Assembly (NCBI GenBank): GCA_030654105.1
Contig: JAURYC010000276.1
Coordinates: 1-34,435, forward strand
DNA: 34,435 nt
Direction: 5' to 3'
DNA from: Deltaproteobacteria bacterium
Lineage (GTDB): Bacteria > Desulfobacterota > SM23-61
The position numbers were made by a program, and so were the translations under genes. The notes beneath the pieces were generated by a model. That model was not told the DNA's origin and searched no databases. It saw nothing but the letters and a program-made list of their open reading frames with translations. Below, one piece after another: positions 1 through 8,711 of this stretch (position 1 is its first letter; every line of letters begins with the position of its first letter).

Positions 1-367
1 CTTGGCGGGACCTCCCCGCCCGAACCACAATAAAAGTAACCACCCAAAAAAACTGGGGGTGGGCAAGTAAAATTTGCTGTGTGGACACTCAATTTCCATA
101 CCGGATAAAATAATTTGGGATTTAGGTGTACAATTAGGAAAAATGTGGAAAGGAAGATATGATGTTTTTCGAATCAAGCATTGTGAAGCTTATGGACACC
201 ATGGTAAACTTATTTATATTTGTTAAATCCCCATGGCTCTTTCACATCCACCGATGATGAAAGGCCCCCTACGGCCCCCGTAGTAAAAAAGGGGTGAAGG
301 GATTGGAAAGTTAAATTTAACCTTTGAAATGGGATGATGAAAACTTATCCCTTCGGGGAAACCGATC

Positions 368-1342
368 ATGGATTCATCAGACTTATGGGCCATCGGAGTT
401 GATTTAGGGGGTACCAAAATAGAGGTAGCCCGGGTAGATGCAGACGGGAACCTGCGCCAAAGAACTCGGCGCCCCACCCAGGCGCATAGAGGTCCAGCTG
501 CGGTAAAAGCCGATCTGGTTGCGGCCATAGAAGCCCTAAAAAATAGCGCCAGCCCATTACCGGTTGGGATAGGTGTGGGTGTGGCCGGCCAAATTGATTC
601 GCTGCGTGGTACGGTGCGTTTTTCCCCAAACTTAGGCTGGCACGATGAACCTTTCCAGGAGGACCTACAACAAGCCCTGGGCCTTCCGGTCGCCGTTACC
701 AACGATGTCCGGGCGGCCACCTGGGGTGAGTGGCTTCATGGGGCTGGTCAGGGATGCGCTGACCTTATCTGCCTCTTCGTGGGAACTGGCATTGGAGGGG
801 GAGTCGTGAGCAGTGGGCAAATGCTATCCGGCTGCAGTAACAGCGGGGGTGAGCTTGGTCATATAACCATTGACCTGAACGGCCCGCCCTGTCGATGTGG
901 AAACCGGGGCTGCCTGGAAGCTCTGGGAGGTGGCTGGGCCATTGCCCAGAACGCCCAGGAATTGATTGCGGCGGATCCAAATGCTGGCGCTTCCATGCTG
1001 GAGATAGCCGAGGGAAAATTGGAAGCGGTAACGGCCAAAATCGTTGCCCAGGCATCCCAAAAAGGAGATCCCCTGGCGCTCCATATTATCGACGAAGCAA
1101 CAAAAGCCCTCATCGCCGGAGCCGTGAGCCTGGTTAATGCCTTTAACCCCTGTCGCTTGATCCTGGGCGGAGGGGTGATCGAAGGACTGCCGGAACTTGT
1201 CGACCGGATTGCCCAGGGGGTACGACAGCAGGCTTTGAAGACGGCCACCGAATCCTTGCAAATCATATTGTCTCGCCTGCATAATGATGCCGGCGTCGTC
1301 GGGGCAGCCGCTCTGGCCATGCGTTCCATTCAGAAAACTTGA
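368..1342 (+). CDS. glk: ROK-family glucokinase
   Basis: 324-aa ORF. It has the N-terminal ATP-binding loop GVDLGGTKI and the ROK zinc-binding Cys motif CRCGNRGCLEA. It is the first gene of a co-directional sugar-phosphate operon. Confidence 0.85.
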   Translation: MDSSDLWAIGVDLGGTKIEVARVDADGNLRQRTRRPTQAHRGPAAVKADLVAAIEALKNSASPLPVGIGVGVAGQIDSLRGTVRFSPNLGWHDEPFQEDLQQALGLPVAVTNDVRAATWGEWLHGAGQGCADLICLFVGTGIGGGVVSSGQMLSGCSNSGGELGHITIDLNGPPCRCGNRGCLEALGGGWAIAQNAQELIAADPNAGASMLEIAEGKLEAVTAKIVAQASQKGDPLALHIIDEATKALIAGAVSLVNAFNPCRLILGGGVIEGLPELVDRIAQGVRQQALKTATESLQIILSRLHNDAGVVGAAALAMRSIQKT

Positions 1343-1371
1343 GGCAAAATATTTTTGTGGAGATAAAGATA

Positions 1372-1845
1372 ATGCGCGTGGGGATTGCGGCAGACCATGG
1401 GGGTTTTGATTTGAGAGAGCAGATAGCCGAGGCATTACGGGCGGCGGATTACGAGGTGGTGGACTTTGGAGCTCAAAAGCTGAATCCGGCGGATGATTAC
1501 CCTGATTTTATCACCCCCATGGCTAAAGCTGTCGCCAGGGGAGAGGTGGACCGGGGAGTAGCCGTCTGCGGCAGCGGAGTGGGGGCGTGCGTAGCTGCCA
1601 ACAAAATTCCGGGTGTGCGGGCGGCCTTGATTCTGGACGTATTTTCTGCCCACCAAGGGGTAGAGGATGATGACATGAACGTAATTTGCCTCGGGGGAAG
1701 GGTAACAGGATTCGCGCTGGCTTGGGACCTGATCCAAGCTTTTTTAACTGCCCGTTTCATCGGGACAGAGCGTCATCGACGCCGTTTAAATAAAATCGCG
1801 GCGCTGGAGAATGAGGGGGAACGGAAAGGAAAGAAAAATTCATGA
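1372..1845 (+). CDS. rpiB: Ribose-5-phosphate isomerase B (RpiB/LacA family)
   Basis: Start trimmed to ATG 1372 (MRVGIAADHGG), with GGAG about 10 nt upstream. The active-site stretch CGSGVG is present. The stop overlaps the next start (ATGA). Confidence 0.85.
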   Translation: MRVGIAADHGGFDLREQIAEALRAADYEVVDFGAQKLNPADDYPDFITPMAKAVARGEVDRGVAVCGSGVGACVAANKIPGVRAALILDVFSAHQGVEDDDMNVICLGGRVTGFALAWDLIQAFLTARFIGTERHRRRLNKIAALENEGERKGKKNS

Positions 1846-3539
1846 CCGGTCAGATATTGAATATAGGCGGTCATATGGCCGCGGTCAGGGAGCGACTCCG
1901 CAGCCTGGAAGGGGAGCAATTCAGCCTGCGTCTGTGGCGGAAGGATCCCAGCCCCTGGAAGGCAGACCCAGAGAACCAGAAGGGTATCCGTAATGCTCTA
2001 GGCTGGCTGCATGTGGCCGAGAAAATGGAAGCAAGCCTGCACGACCTTTCTAAATTCGTCGCTGAGATACGGGCCGCCGGCTTCCGTCATGTAGTACATA
2101 TGGGCATGGGGGGCAGCAGTCTGGCACCCCTGACTTTTCAACGGATATTCCTACAGTCCCCGGAGGCCCTTCCCCTAACTGTCCTGGATACTACGGACCC
2201 GGTTTCGATCCTCAAAATCGAGAGAGAAGTTTCAGTCGGGGAGACTCTTTTTATCATCGCCAGCAAGTCGGGAACGACTGCAGAACCCCTGGCCTTCGGG
2301 GAATATTTTTATGCAAAAGTTGAGGCTTACAAAGGCAATCGGGCCGGAGAGAACTTTGTGGCCATCACTGACCCGGGTACCCCGCTGGTGAAGCTGGCTC
2401 AGGAACGGGGATTTCGGCGGACTTTTTTAAGCTTTCCGGACATCGGCGGAAGGTATTCCGCCCTATCCCATTTCGGACTGGTGCCAGTAGCCTTAATGGG
2501 GATTAACGTTGCCGAATTACTGCATCGTGCCCAGCAGATGGCCCATTCATGTGGCCCTTCCGTACCGGTGCAAGAAAATCCCGGAGTGATCCTGGGCGCA
2601 GTGATGGGCGAACTGGCTCTCCGCGGGCGGGACAAATTAACTTTATTGATGCCGGAATCCATCGCCACCTTAGGGTTATGGTTGGAACAACTCCTGGCAG
2701 AAAGTACAGGCAAGGAAGGAACGGGGGTTTTGCCTGTGGACCATGAACCCCTTGGTTTTCCCTCAGCCTTCGGGAAGGATCGGCTTTTTACCTACATGCG
2801 GCTGAAGGATGAAGTGGATGTAAACCTGGAACGATTGATCGACGAATTACGGAAAGCCGGCCAGCCAGTGGTAACCATCCAGATGAGTGATCGCCTGGAT
2901 CTGGCACAGGAGTTCTTTCGCTGGGAGATGGCCACGGCTGCTGCCGGGGCCATTCTGAGGATTAATCCCTTTGACCAGCCCAATGTGCAAGAGAGCAAGG
3001 ACAACACGAACCGCCTGCTGGATCGGGTCCGCCAGGACGGGAAATTGCCTGAGGTGACGGCCACTTTAAAAGAAGGGCCCCTGAGCTTCTATACGACGGA
3101 AAAAGCCCAGAATGCCAAAGACCTACTTAAAACATTTTTGGCCCAAGCGCGGCCGGGCGATTTTTTTGCCCTGCAAGCGTACCTGCCCGAAGGGCCCCCG
3201 ATCACCCAGGCCCTACAAACCATGCGCAAGCACTTGCGAGACCGGCTGGGTTTGGCCACAACCCTGGGCTACGGCCCCCGTTTCTTGCATTCTACCGGAC
3301 AGTTCCATAAAGGAGGTCCGAACACGGGCCTGTTCCTGCAACTGACTGCCGACGATGCCGAGGATGCTGCCATTCCTGGAACATCTTATACTTTTGGCCT
3401 TTTTAAACGAGCCCAGGCCTTGGGGGATTTGGAGGCTCTTAAAAAACACGGCCGGAGAGTCATCCGGGTTCACTTAGGGGCCGATATAATCTATGGGTTA
3501 GAGGCTTTGTCCCAATTTTTTAAAAAGGCTTGGGAGTGA
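1842..3539 (+). CDS. pgi: Glucose-6-phosphate isomerase (long cyanobacterial/transaldolase-associated PGI type)
   Basis: 565-aa ORF with SIS/PGI motifs GMGGSSL, IIASKSGTTAEP and GGRYS. It has a 4-nt overlap with rpiB. Confidence 0.8.
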   Translation: MTGQILNIGGHMAAVRERLRSLEGEQFSLRLWRKDPSPWKADPENQKGIRNALGWLHVAEKMEASLHDLSKFVAEIRAAGFRHVVHMGMGGSSLAPLTFQRIFLQSPEALPLTVLDTTDPVSILKIEREVSVGETLFIIASKSGTTAEPLAFGEYFYAKVEAYKGNRAGENFVAITDPGTPLVKLAQERGFRRTFLSFPDIGGRYSALSHFGLVPVALMGINVAELLHRAQQMAHSCGPSVPVQENPGVILGAVMGELALRGRDKLTLLMPESIATLGLWLEQLLAESTGKEGTGVLPVDHEPLGFPSAFGKDRLFTYMRLKDEVDVNLERLIDELRKAGQPVVTIQMSDRLDLAQEFFRWEMATAAAGAILRINPFDQPNVQESKDNTNRLLDRVRQDGKLPEVTATLKEGPLSFYTTEKAQNAKDLLKTFLAQARPGDFFALQAYLPEGPPITQALQTMRKHLRDRLGLATTLGYGPRFLHSTGQFHKGGPNTGLFLQLTADDAEDAAIPGTSYTFGLFKRAQALGDLEALKKHGRRVIRVHLGADIIYGLEALSQFFKKAWE

Positions 3540-3620
3540 AATCCAAAGCGGGAAAAATTTAAAAAATCTAAATTTGTAAAAGCAACAGCGAGCTGGCATT
3601 GGTAAGTGCCCAATATTATA

Positions 3621-3810
3621 GCGGCCTGGTATCAATTTAGCGTTTTGAAAAGACACGCTAAATTTCTTTGAAAAGTGAAAATTGCAAATTGAAAAATGCA
3701 AATTTTCTGTAAAACCCTAATTATTTTGAAATTTTCAATTTAACTTTTGCATTTGGCATTGAACTTTAGCCAAATTTTTCAAAGAGCTAAAGTGTTACGC
3801 AGCCTGGTAT
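3621..3810. promoter_or_regulatory. AT-rich composite palindromic region upstream of carB (twin hairpins plus TGCAAA/TTGAAA repeats)
   Basis: GCGGCCTGGTAT (3621-3632) and GCAGCCTGGTAT (3799-3810) flank two related 7-bp-stem hairpins, TTTAGCG/CGCTAAA (3636-3662) and CTTTAGC/GCTAAAG (3764-3792). Between them lie tandem TGAAAA(T/A)TGCAAAT units (3677-3704), an inverted TTTGCA (3746-3751) and the palindrome TTGAAATTTTCAA (3726-3738). Confidence 0.5.
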
Positions 3811-3829
3811 ATTTTATATCATTTTTTAC

Positions 3830-3858
3830 TTGACACCCAAGCCCCTTCCTTTAATAAT
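3830..3858 (+). promoter_or_regulatory. Sigma70-like promoter for carB
   Basis: TTGACA (3830-3835), a 16-17 nt spacer, then TAATAAT (3852-3858). It lies about 60 nt upstream of the carB ATG. Confidence 0.4.
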
Positions 3859-3915
3859 CCACCTGGTTTAAAGTAAAACTTATAGAATCAACGGAGGAAA
3901 AAGAAAGGAAACTGT

Positions 3916-6900
3916 ATGCCCAAGCGGGATGACTTAAAAAAAATAATGATTATTGGATCCGGCCCCATTGTGATTGGACAAGCATGTGAGTTCGATTACT
4001 CGGGTACCCAGGCCTGCAAGGCTCTGCGGAAACTGGGTTATAAGATTGTCCTGGTGAATTCAAACCCGGCGACCATCATGACCGACCCGGGAATGGCTGA
4101 TGCAACTTATATCGAGCCGCTCAACCTTCAGGCCCTAACTGAGATTATTGAAAATGAAAGGCCGGATGCCATCTTGCCGAATCTGGGTGGCCAGACCGGC
4201 CTGAACCTCACCTCGGAACTTGCCCGGGCAGGCGTTCTCGCCAAGTATGGCGTAAAGGTGATCGGTGTTCAGGTTGATGCCATCGAGCGGGGAGAGGACC
4301 GGATTGCTTTCAAAGAAACCATGAACCGACTCGGCATTGCAATGCCGCAAAGTGCACCGGCTTTCAGCGTGGAGGAGGCCGAAAAGGTCGCCGCTCAGCT
4401 CGGTTACCCGGTCGTGATTCGTCCGGCCTACACCTTGGGGGGCACAGGCGGCGGGATGGTTTATAACCTTGAAGAGCTGCGCACAGTGGCCAGCCGCGGG
4501 ATATCGGCCAGTCTCGTAGGGCAGATCCTCGTTGAAGAATCAGTTCTTGGTTGGGAAGAGCTCGAGCTGGAAGTGGTCCGTGATGCCAAAAACCAGATGA
4601 TTACGGTCTGCTTTATCGAGAATGTAGACGCCATGGGGGTGCATACGGGTGACTCTTATTGTACGGCCCCTATGCTGACCATCGATCCCGAACTCCAGAA
4701 GAAGCTCCAAAAATACTCTTACGACATTGTTGAAGCCATCCAGGTGATCGGCGGAACGAATATCCAGTTTGCCCATCATCCGGAAACCGGTCGGGTGGTG
4801 GTGATCGAGATCAATCCCAGGACTTCCCGTTCCTCTGCCCTGGCCTCCAAAGCAACGGGTTTCCCCATTGCCCTGATTTCTTCCATGCTGGCTGCTGGCC
4901 TGACCCTCGATGAGATCCCCTACTGGCGGGAGGGAACGCTCGATAAATATACTCCCTCAGGCGATTATGTAGTGGTCAAGTTTGCTCGCTGGGACTTCGA
5001 AAAATTTCCCGGTGCCGAAGACAAGCTGGGCACGCAGATGCGGGCCGTCGGGGAGGTCATGGCTATCGGTAAGACTTACAAAGAAGCGCTCCAGAAATCG
5101 ATCCGGTCCCTGGAGAAAGGCCGCTACGGCCTTGGCTTTGCCAAGGATTTCCACAACCGGACGCTCGATGAACTGATGGATTTTCTGGCCGAACCGTCGA
5201 GTGAGCGGCAATTTATCATGTATGAGGCTTTGAGGAAGGGAGCCTCTATCGAGGCTCTTTACAAGAAGACTTACATCAAGCCCTGGTTCATCGAGCAGAT
5301 GAAGGAGCTGGTGGAACTGGAGGAAAAGATCCTCCTGCACAAAGGTAAAAACCTGCCCGATGATTTACTAAAACAGGCGAAGAAGGATGGGTTCTCGGAC
5401 CGTTACCTTTCCCTGCTCCTCAGCATTCCGGAAAAAGATATTCGAGGGCGGCGTATCGGGTTAGGCCTAAACCAGAGTTGGGATGCCGTGCCGGTAAGCG
5501 GGGTAAAGAACGCAGCCTATTACTACTCCACGTACAATGGGCCGGATAAGGTTGGGGTAAGCAATAGGCGGAAGATTATGGTTCTGGGTGGAGGGCCCAA
5601 TCGAATTGGGCAGGGGATTGAATTTGATTACTGTTGCGTCCATGCCGCCTTTACCCTGCGGGATGAGGGCTACGAGTCCATCATGGTCAACTGCAATCCG
5701 GAGACCGTTTCCACAGATTATGACACCTCCGATAAACTCTATTTTGAGCCCCTCACCGTAGAGGATGTGTTGAGTATTTACCAGAAAGAAAAGCCTGAAG
5801 GGATTATCGTGCAATTTGGCGGTCAGACCCCCTTGAACATCGCCAATGAGCTGGCCCGGGCAGGGGTCAGGATCATCGGTACATCGCCGGAAACCATCGA
5901 TCTCGCAGAAGATCGCGACCGGTTCCGCCAGATGATGGGCCGTCTGGGCATTCCGATGCCCGAATCCGGTATGGCCAGCACCCTCGATGAAGCCATTCAA
6001 ATTGCCCAACGGATCGGCTACCCGTTGATGGTTAGGCCTTCGTATGTCCTTGGTGGACGGGGCATGGAAGTGGTCTATGATGAGGGAATGCTAAAAAAAT
6101 ACGTGGCCGCGGCTGTCGGTGTGACCCCCGAACGCCCGATTCTCATCGATAAATTCCTGGAAAATGCCATTGAGACTGAGGCCGACGCCATCGCCGATGG
6201 TACCGATGCCTTTGTACCCGCGGTCATGGAACATATCGAACTGGCGGGCATCCATTCGGGTGATTCCGCCTGTGTGATTCCGCCTATCAGCATCCCTCGC
6301 CGGCATCTCGATACGATTTATGAATACACGAAAAAAATCGCCATTGAATTCAAAGTGGTGGGGCTGATGAATATTCAGTACGCGATCGCCAATGATGTGG
6401 TCTATATTCTGGAAGCGAATCCCCGCGCCTCCCGAACCGTTCCTTTGGTTTCCAAGGTATGCAACATACCCATGGCCCGAATCGCCACTCAGATCATGCT
6501 GGGTAAACCATTATCCCAATTAAACCTCAAACCCCAATCCATTACCCATTTTGGGGTCAAGGAGGCCGTCTTCCCTTTCAACATGTTGCCGGAAGTTGAC
6601 CCGGTTCTTGGGCCGGAGATGCGCTCCACGGGAGAGGTCCTGGGACTGGCGGATTCCTTCGGCCTGGCCTTTTTCAAGGCGGAAGAAGCCGCCCAGCCGA
6701 TTCTTCCCGCCCAAGGGACGGTCCTGATTACGACAAATGATAAAGAAAAAGGGGGTGCCATGGAAGTTGCCCGCGAGTTCAAAAAACTCGGCTTCAAGAT
6801 CAAGGCTACCAACGGAACCTATCGGTTCCTGAACAAACACGGGATTGAATCCGAACCCATTCTCAAGATGCATGAAGGGCGACCCAACATTGTCGATGGA

Positions 6901-7116
6901 ATCAAAAACGGGGAAATTCAACTGGTCATCAATACCCCGATCGGCAGACTGGGCTCGCACGATGATTCTTACATCCGCAAGGCCGCGATTAAGTATAAGA
7001 TTCCCTACATCACTACGATTGCCGCGGCCGTTGCGGCAGCGAAAGGGATTGCCGCCGTCCGGCAGGGCCACGGCCGGGCGAAATCGTTGCAGAAATACCA
7101 TGCGGATATCAAGTAA
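3916..7116 (+). CDS. carB: Carbamoyl-phosphate synthase large subunit
   Basis: 1066-aa ORF with duplicated ATP-grasp halves. The N-terminus is the characteristic MPKRDDLKKIMIIGSGPIVIGQACEFDYSGTQA, and the second repeat begins VLGGGPNRIGQGIEFDYCCVHA. An MGS-like C-terminal domain is present. No carA is adjacent. Confidence 0.95.
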   Translation: MPKRDDLKKIMIIGSGPIVIGQACEFDYSGTQACKALRKLGYKIVLVNSNPATIMTDPGMADATYIEPLNLQALTEIIENERPDAILPNLGGQTGLNLTSELARAGVLAKYGVKVIGVQVDAIERGEDRIAFKETMNRLGIAMPQSAPAFSVEEAEKVAAQLGYPVVIRPAYTLGGTGGGMVYNLEELRTVASRGISASLVGQILVEESVLGWEELELEVVRDAKNQMITVCFIENVDAMGVHTGDSYCTAPMLTIDPELQKKLQKYSYDIVEAIQVIGGTNIQFAHHPETGRVVVIEINPRTSRSSALASKATGFPIALISSMLAAGLTLDEIPYWREGTLDKYTPSGDYVVVKFARWDFEKFPGAEDKLGTQMRAVGEVMAIGKTYKEALQKSIRSLEKGRYGLGFAKDFHNRTLDELMDFLAEPSSERQFIMYEALRKGASIEALYKKTYIKPWFIEQMKELVELEEKILLHKGKNLPDDLLKQAKKDGFSDRYLSLLLSIPEKDIRGRRIGLGLNQSWDAVPVSGVKNAAYYYSTYNGPDKVGVSNRRKIMVLGGGPNRIGQGIEFDYCCVHAAFTLRDEGYESIMVNCNPETVSTDYDTSDKLYFEPLTVEDVLSIYQKEKPEGIIVQFGGQTPLNIANELARAGVRIIGTSPETIDLAEDRDRFRQMMGRLGIPMPESGMASTLDEAIQIAQRIGYPLMVRPSYVLGGRGMEVVYDEGMLKKYVAAAVGVTPERPILIDKFLENAIETEADAIADGTDAFVPAVMEHIELAGIHSGDSACVIPPISIPRRHLDTIYEYTKKIAIEFKVVGLMNIQYAIANDVVYILEANPRASRTVPLVSKVCNIPMARIATQIMLGKPLSQLNLKPQSITHFGVKEAVFPFNMLPEVDPVLGPEMRSTGEVLGLADSFGLAFFKAEEAAQPILPAQGTVLITTNDKEKGGAMEVAREFKKLGFKIKATNGTYRFLNKHGIESEPILKMHEGRPNIVDGIKNGEIQLVINTPIGRLGSHDDSYIRKAAIKYKIPYITTIAAAVAAAKGIAAVRQGHGRAKSLQKYHADIK

Positions 7117-7236
7117 GAGAAACGAAAGTTGTGAGGTGGGAGTTGGGAGTAGTAAGTACATACTGGTTTTGACAACTCCCAACTTACGACTCCTGTATTC
7201 TGTATTCTGCATTTCTATTAGAGAGGTTATAGAGAG

Positions 7237-8619
7237 ATGAAATCTGGGCAAGAGAACTGCGGTGTCTTTGGAATTTGTTCCTCCTCGGAATGTGTCGAGG
7301 ACATTTATCAGGGGATTGATTTTTTGCAACACCGGGGCCAGGAATATTGCGGTATTGCCACTTTCGACGGGAAAATCCATCAAATTACCCACTATGGTAA
7401 GGTGGGAAATACTTTTCCCGACCCTGAGTTGCGGACCTTGACAGGAACCAAGGGCATCGGTCACGTGAGTCTCAGGGAACGTCAGCCAGTGATGTGGCAA
7501 TCAAGGATGGGAGAAATTTCCGTGGCCTTTAGCGGCAATATCATTAACGCCAGCGGGCTCATTGAGGGGATGAAAGACCGCGGCCATGCTTTCTACCGCA
7601 GCTATAATGTCGAGGTGATTGCTAAAATCATTATCGAGGCTGGAGATATCGTCTCCGGCATCGGTGATCTCTCCCGCAAGATTATCGGGGCCTACTCTTT
7701 GGTCGTTCTGAGCCAGGAGGGCATCTACGCCACTCGGGATGTGTACGGATTCCGACCTCTCATTCTTGGGAAGGATGCCAACAGGTATGCGGTGAGCTCA
7801 GAGTCACGGGCCCTGCAAAACCTGGAAATGGACGTTGTGCGGGACGTGCGACCGGGTGAAATCGTCCTGGTCCATAATAAAGGATTTCAAACCCTGCAAC
7901 AGCTTGATTCTCCCCGCAAGGCCCATTGCGCTTTCGAATGGGCCTATACCGCCAGCATCGATTCCATCATCGATGGCCTCTTTGTTCAGGAGGCTCGCAA
8001 CAACTTGGGGCAAAGCCTGGCCCAACGGGACATAGATGAAGGAGGGCTGGAGGCGGACATCGTGGCGCCGGTTCCCATGTCTGGAATCGGCCATGCCCTC
8101 GGCTACCATAAGCGTTCCGGTGTTAATTACCAGGAGGTTTTTCTCTATAACCGTTATGCTGACCGCAGTTATACCCAATCTACCCAGAATGCCCGGGAAA
8201 AGATGGCCAAACGCAAGCTTTCGGTTCTGCGTTATGCCGTGGAGAACAGGCGGATTATCCTCTGTGATGATTCGATCGTCCGGGGGACTCAGATCCTCCA
8301 CAAGGTGCGGGATCTAAAAAAAGCAGGGGCCAAAGAAGTCCATGTGCGTATTGCCTGCCCCCCGCTCATGTATCCTTGCGACTTCGGCATTTCCACCCGT
8401 TCTTACGAGGAACTGGCCGCCCGGCAATTTTTTCGATCCGGGGACATCACCTCATTGCAACAGTTGCAAGGATTAGAGGCCTGGGTGGCCAACCACATCG
8501 GCGCCGACTCGGTCAAATACAATAGTATTGATCAATTCGTAAATGCTTTAAGAATTCCGAAAGGGGACCTATGCCTGAAATGCTGGGACGGTATCCGGCC
8601 CAGCACCGAAGCCCCCTGA
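7237..8619 (+). CDS. purF: Amidophosphoribosyltransferase-type class-II glutamine amidotransferase (divergent PurF)
   Basis: A short propeptide precedes the nucleophile Cys (MKSGQENCGVFGI). An HRGQE motif and the PRT motif ILCDDSIVRGT are present. C-terminal Cys residues (CPPLMYPCDFG, CLKCW) fit the [4Fe-4S] PurF type. Several Ntn-domain motifs are divergent (SGN instead of NGN). Confidence 0.7.
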   Translation: MKSGQENCGVFGICSSSECVEDIYQGIDFLQHRGQEYCGIATFDGKIHQITHYGKVGNTFPDPELRTLTGTKGIGHVSLRERQPVMWQSRMGEISVAFSGNIINASGLIEGMKDRGHAFYRSYNVEVIAKIIIEAGDIVSGIGDLSRKIIGAYSLVVLSQEGIYATRDVYGFRPLILGKDANRYAVSSESRALQNLEMDVVRDVRPGEIVLVHNKGFQTLQQLDSPRKAHCAFEWAYTASIDSIIDGLFVQEARNNLGQSLAQRDIDEGGLEADIVAPVPMSGIGHALGYHKRSGVNYQEVFLYNRYADRSYTQSTQNAREKMAKRKLSVLRYAVENRRIILCDDSIVRGTQILHKVRDLKKAGAKEVHVRIACPPLMYPCDFGISTRSYEELAARQFFRSGDITSLQQLQGLEAWVANHIGADSVKYNSIDQFVNALRIPKGDLCLKCWDGIRPSTEAP

Positions 8620-8711
8620 GATCCATCGGTACGGCGGAACCCTTTCCTATTCAAGGGTGGAAACCTATCTTCTTCTCACCGTTACTTTTCCCGGCGCGGA
8701 ATGAATTCCTA

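Noticed and set aside
4-63. Small GC hairpins at the extreme left edge (GGCGGG-acctc-CCCGCC at 4-20; CCACCC...GGGTGG at about 41-63)
   Set aside because: No U-tract follows, and the upstream gene lies outside the window, so no function can be assigned.
7117-7236. Purine, ZTP or PRPP riboswitch upstream of the purF-like gene
   Set aside because: I could not find the conserved cores of these riboswitches as I recall them. Only generic alternative hairpins are present, so this is reported as a structural oddity and not as a riboswitch.
6520-7500. 326-aa minus-strand ORF spanning the carB 3' end and the purF 5' end
   Set aside because: It is antisense to two strongly supported genes and crosses their intergenic spacer. 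It has no recognisable motifs and is a typical shadow ORF.
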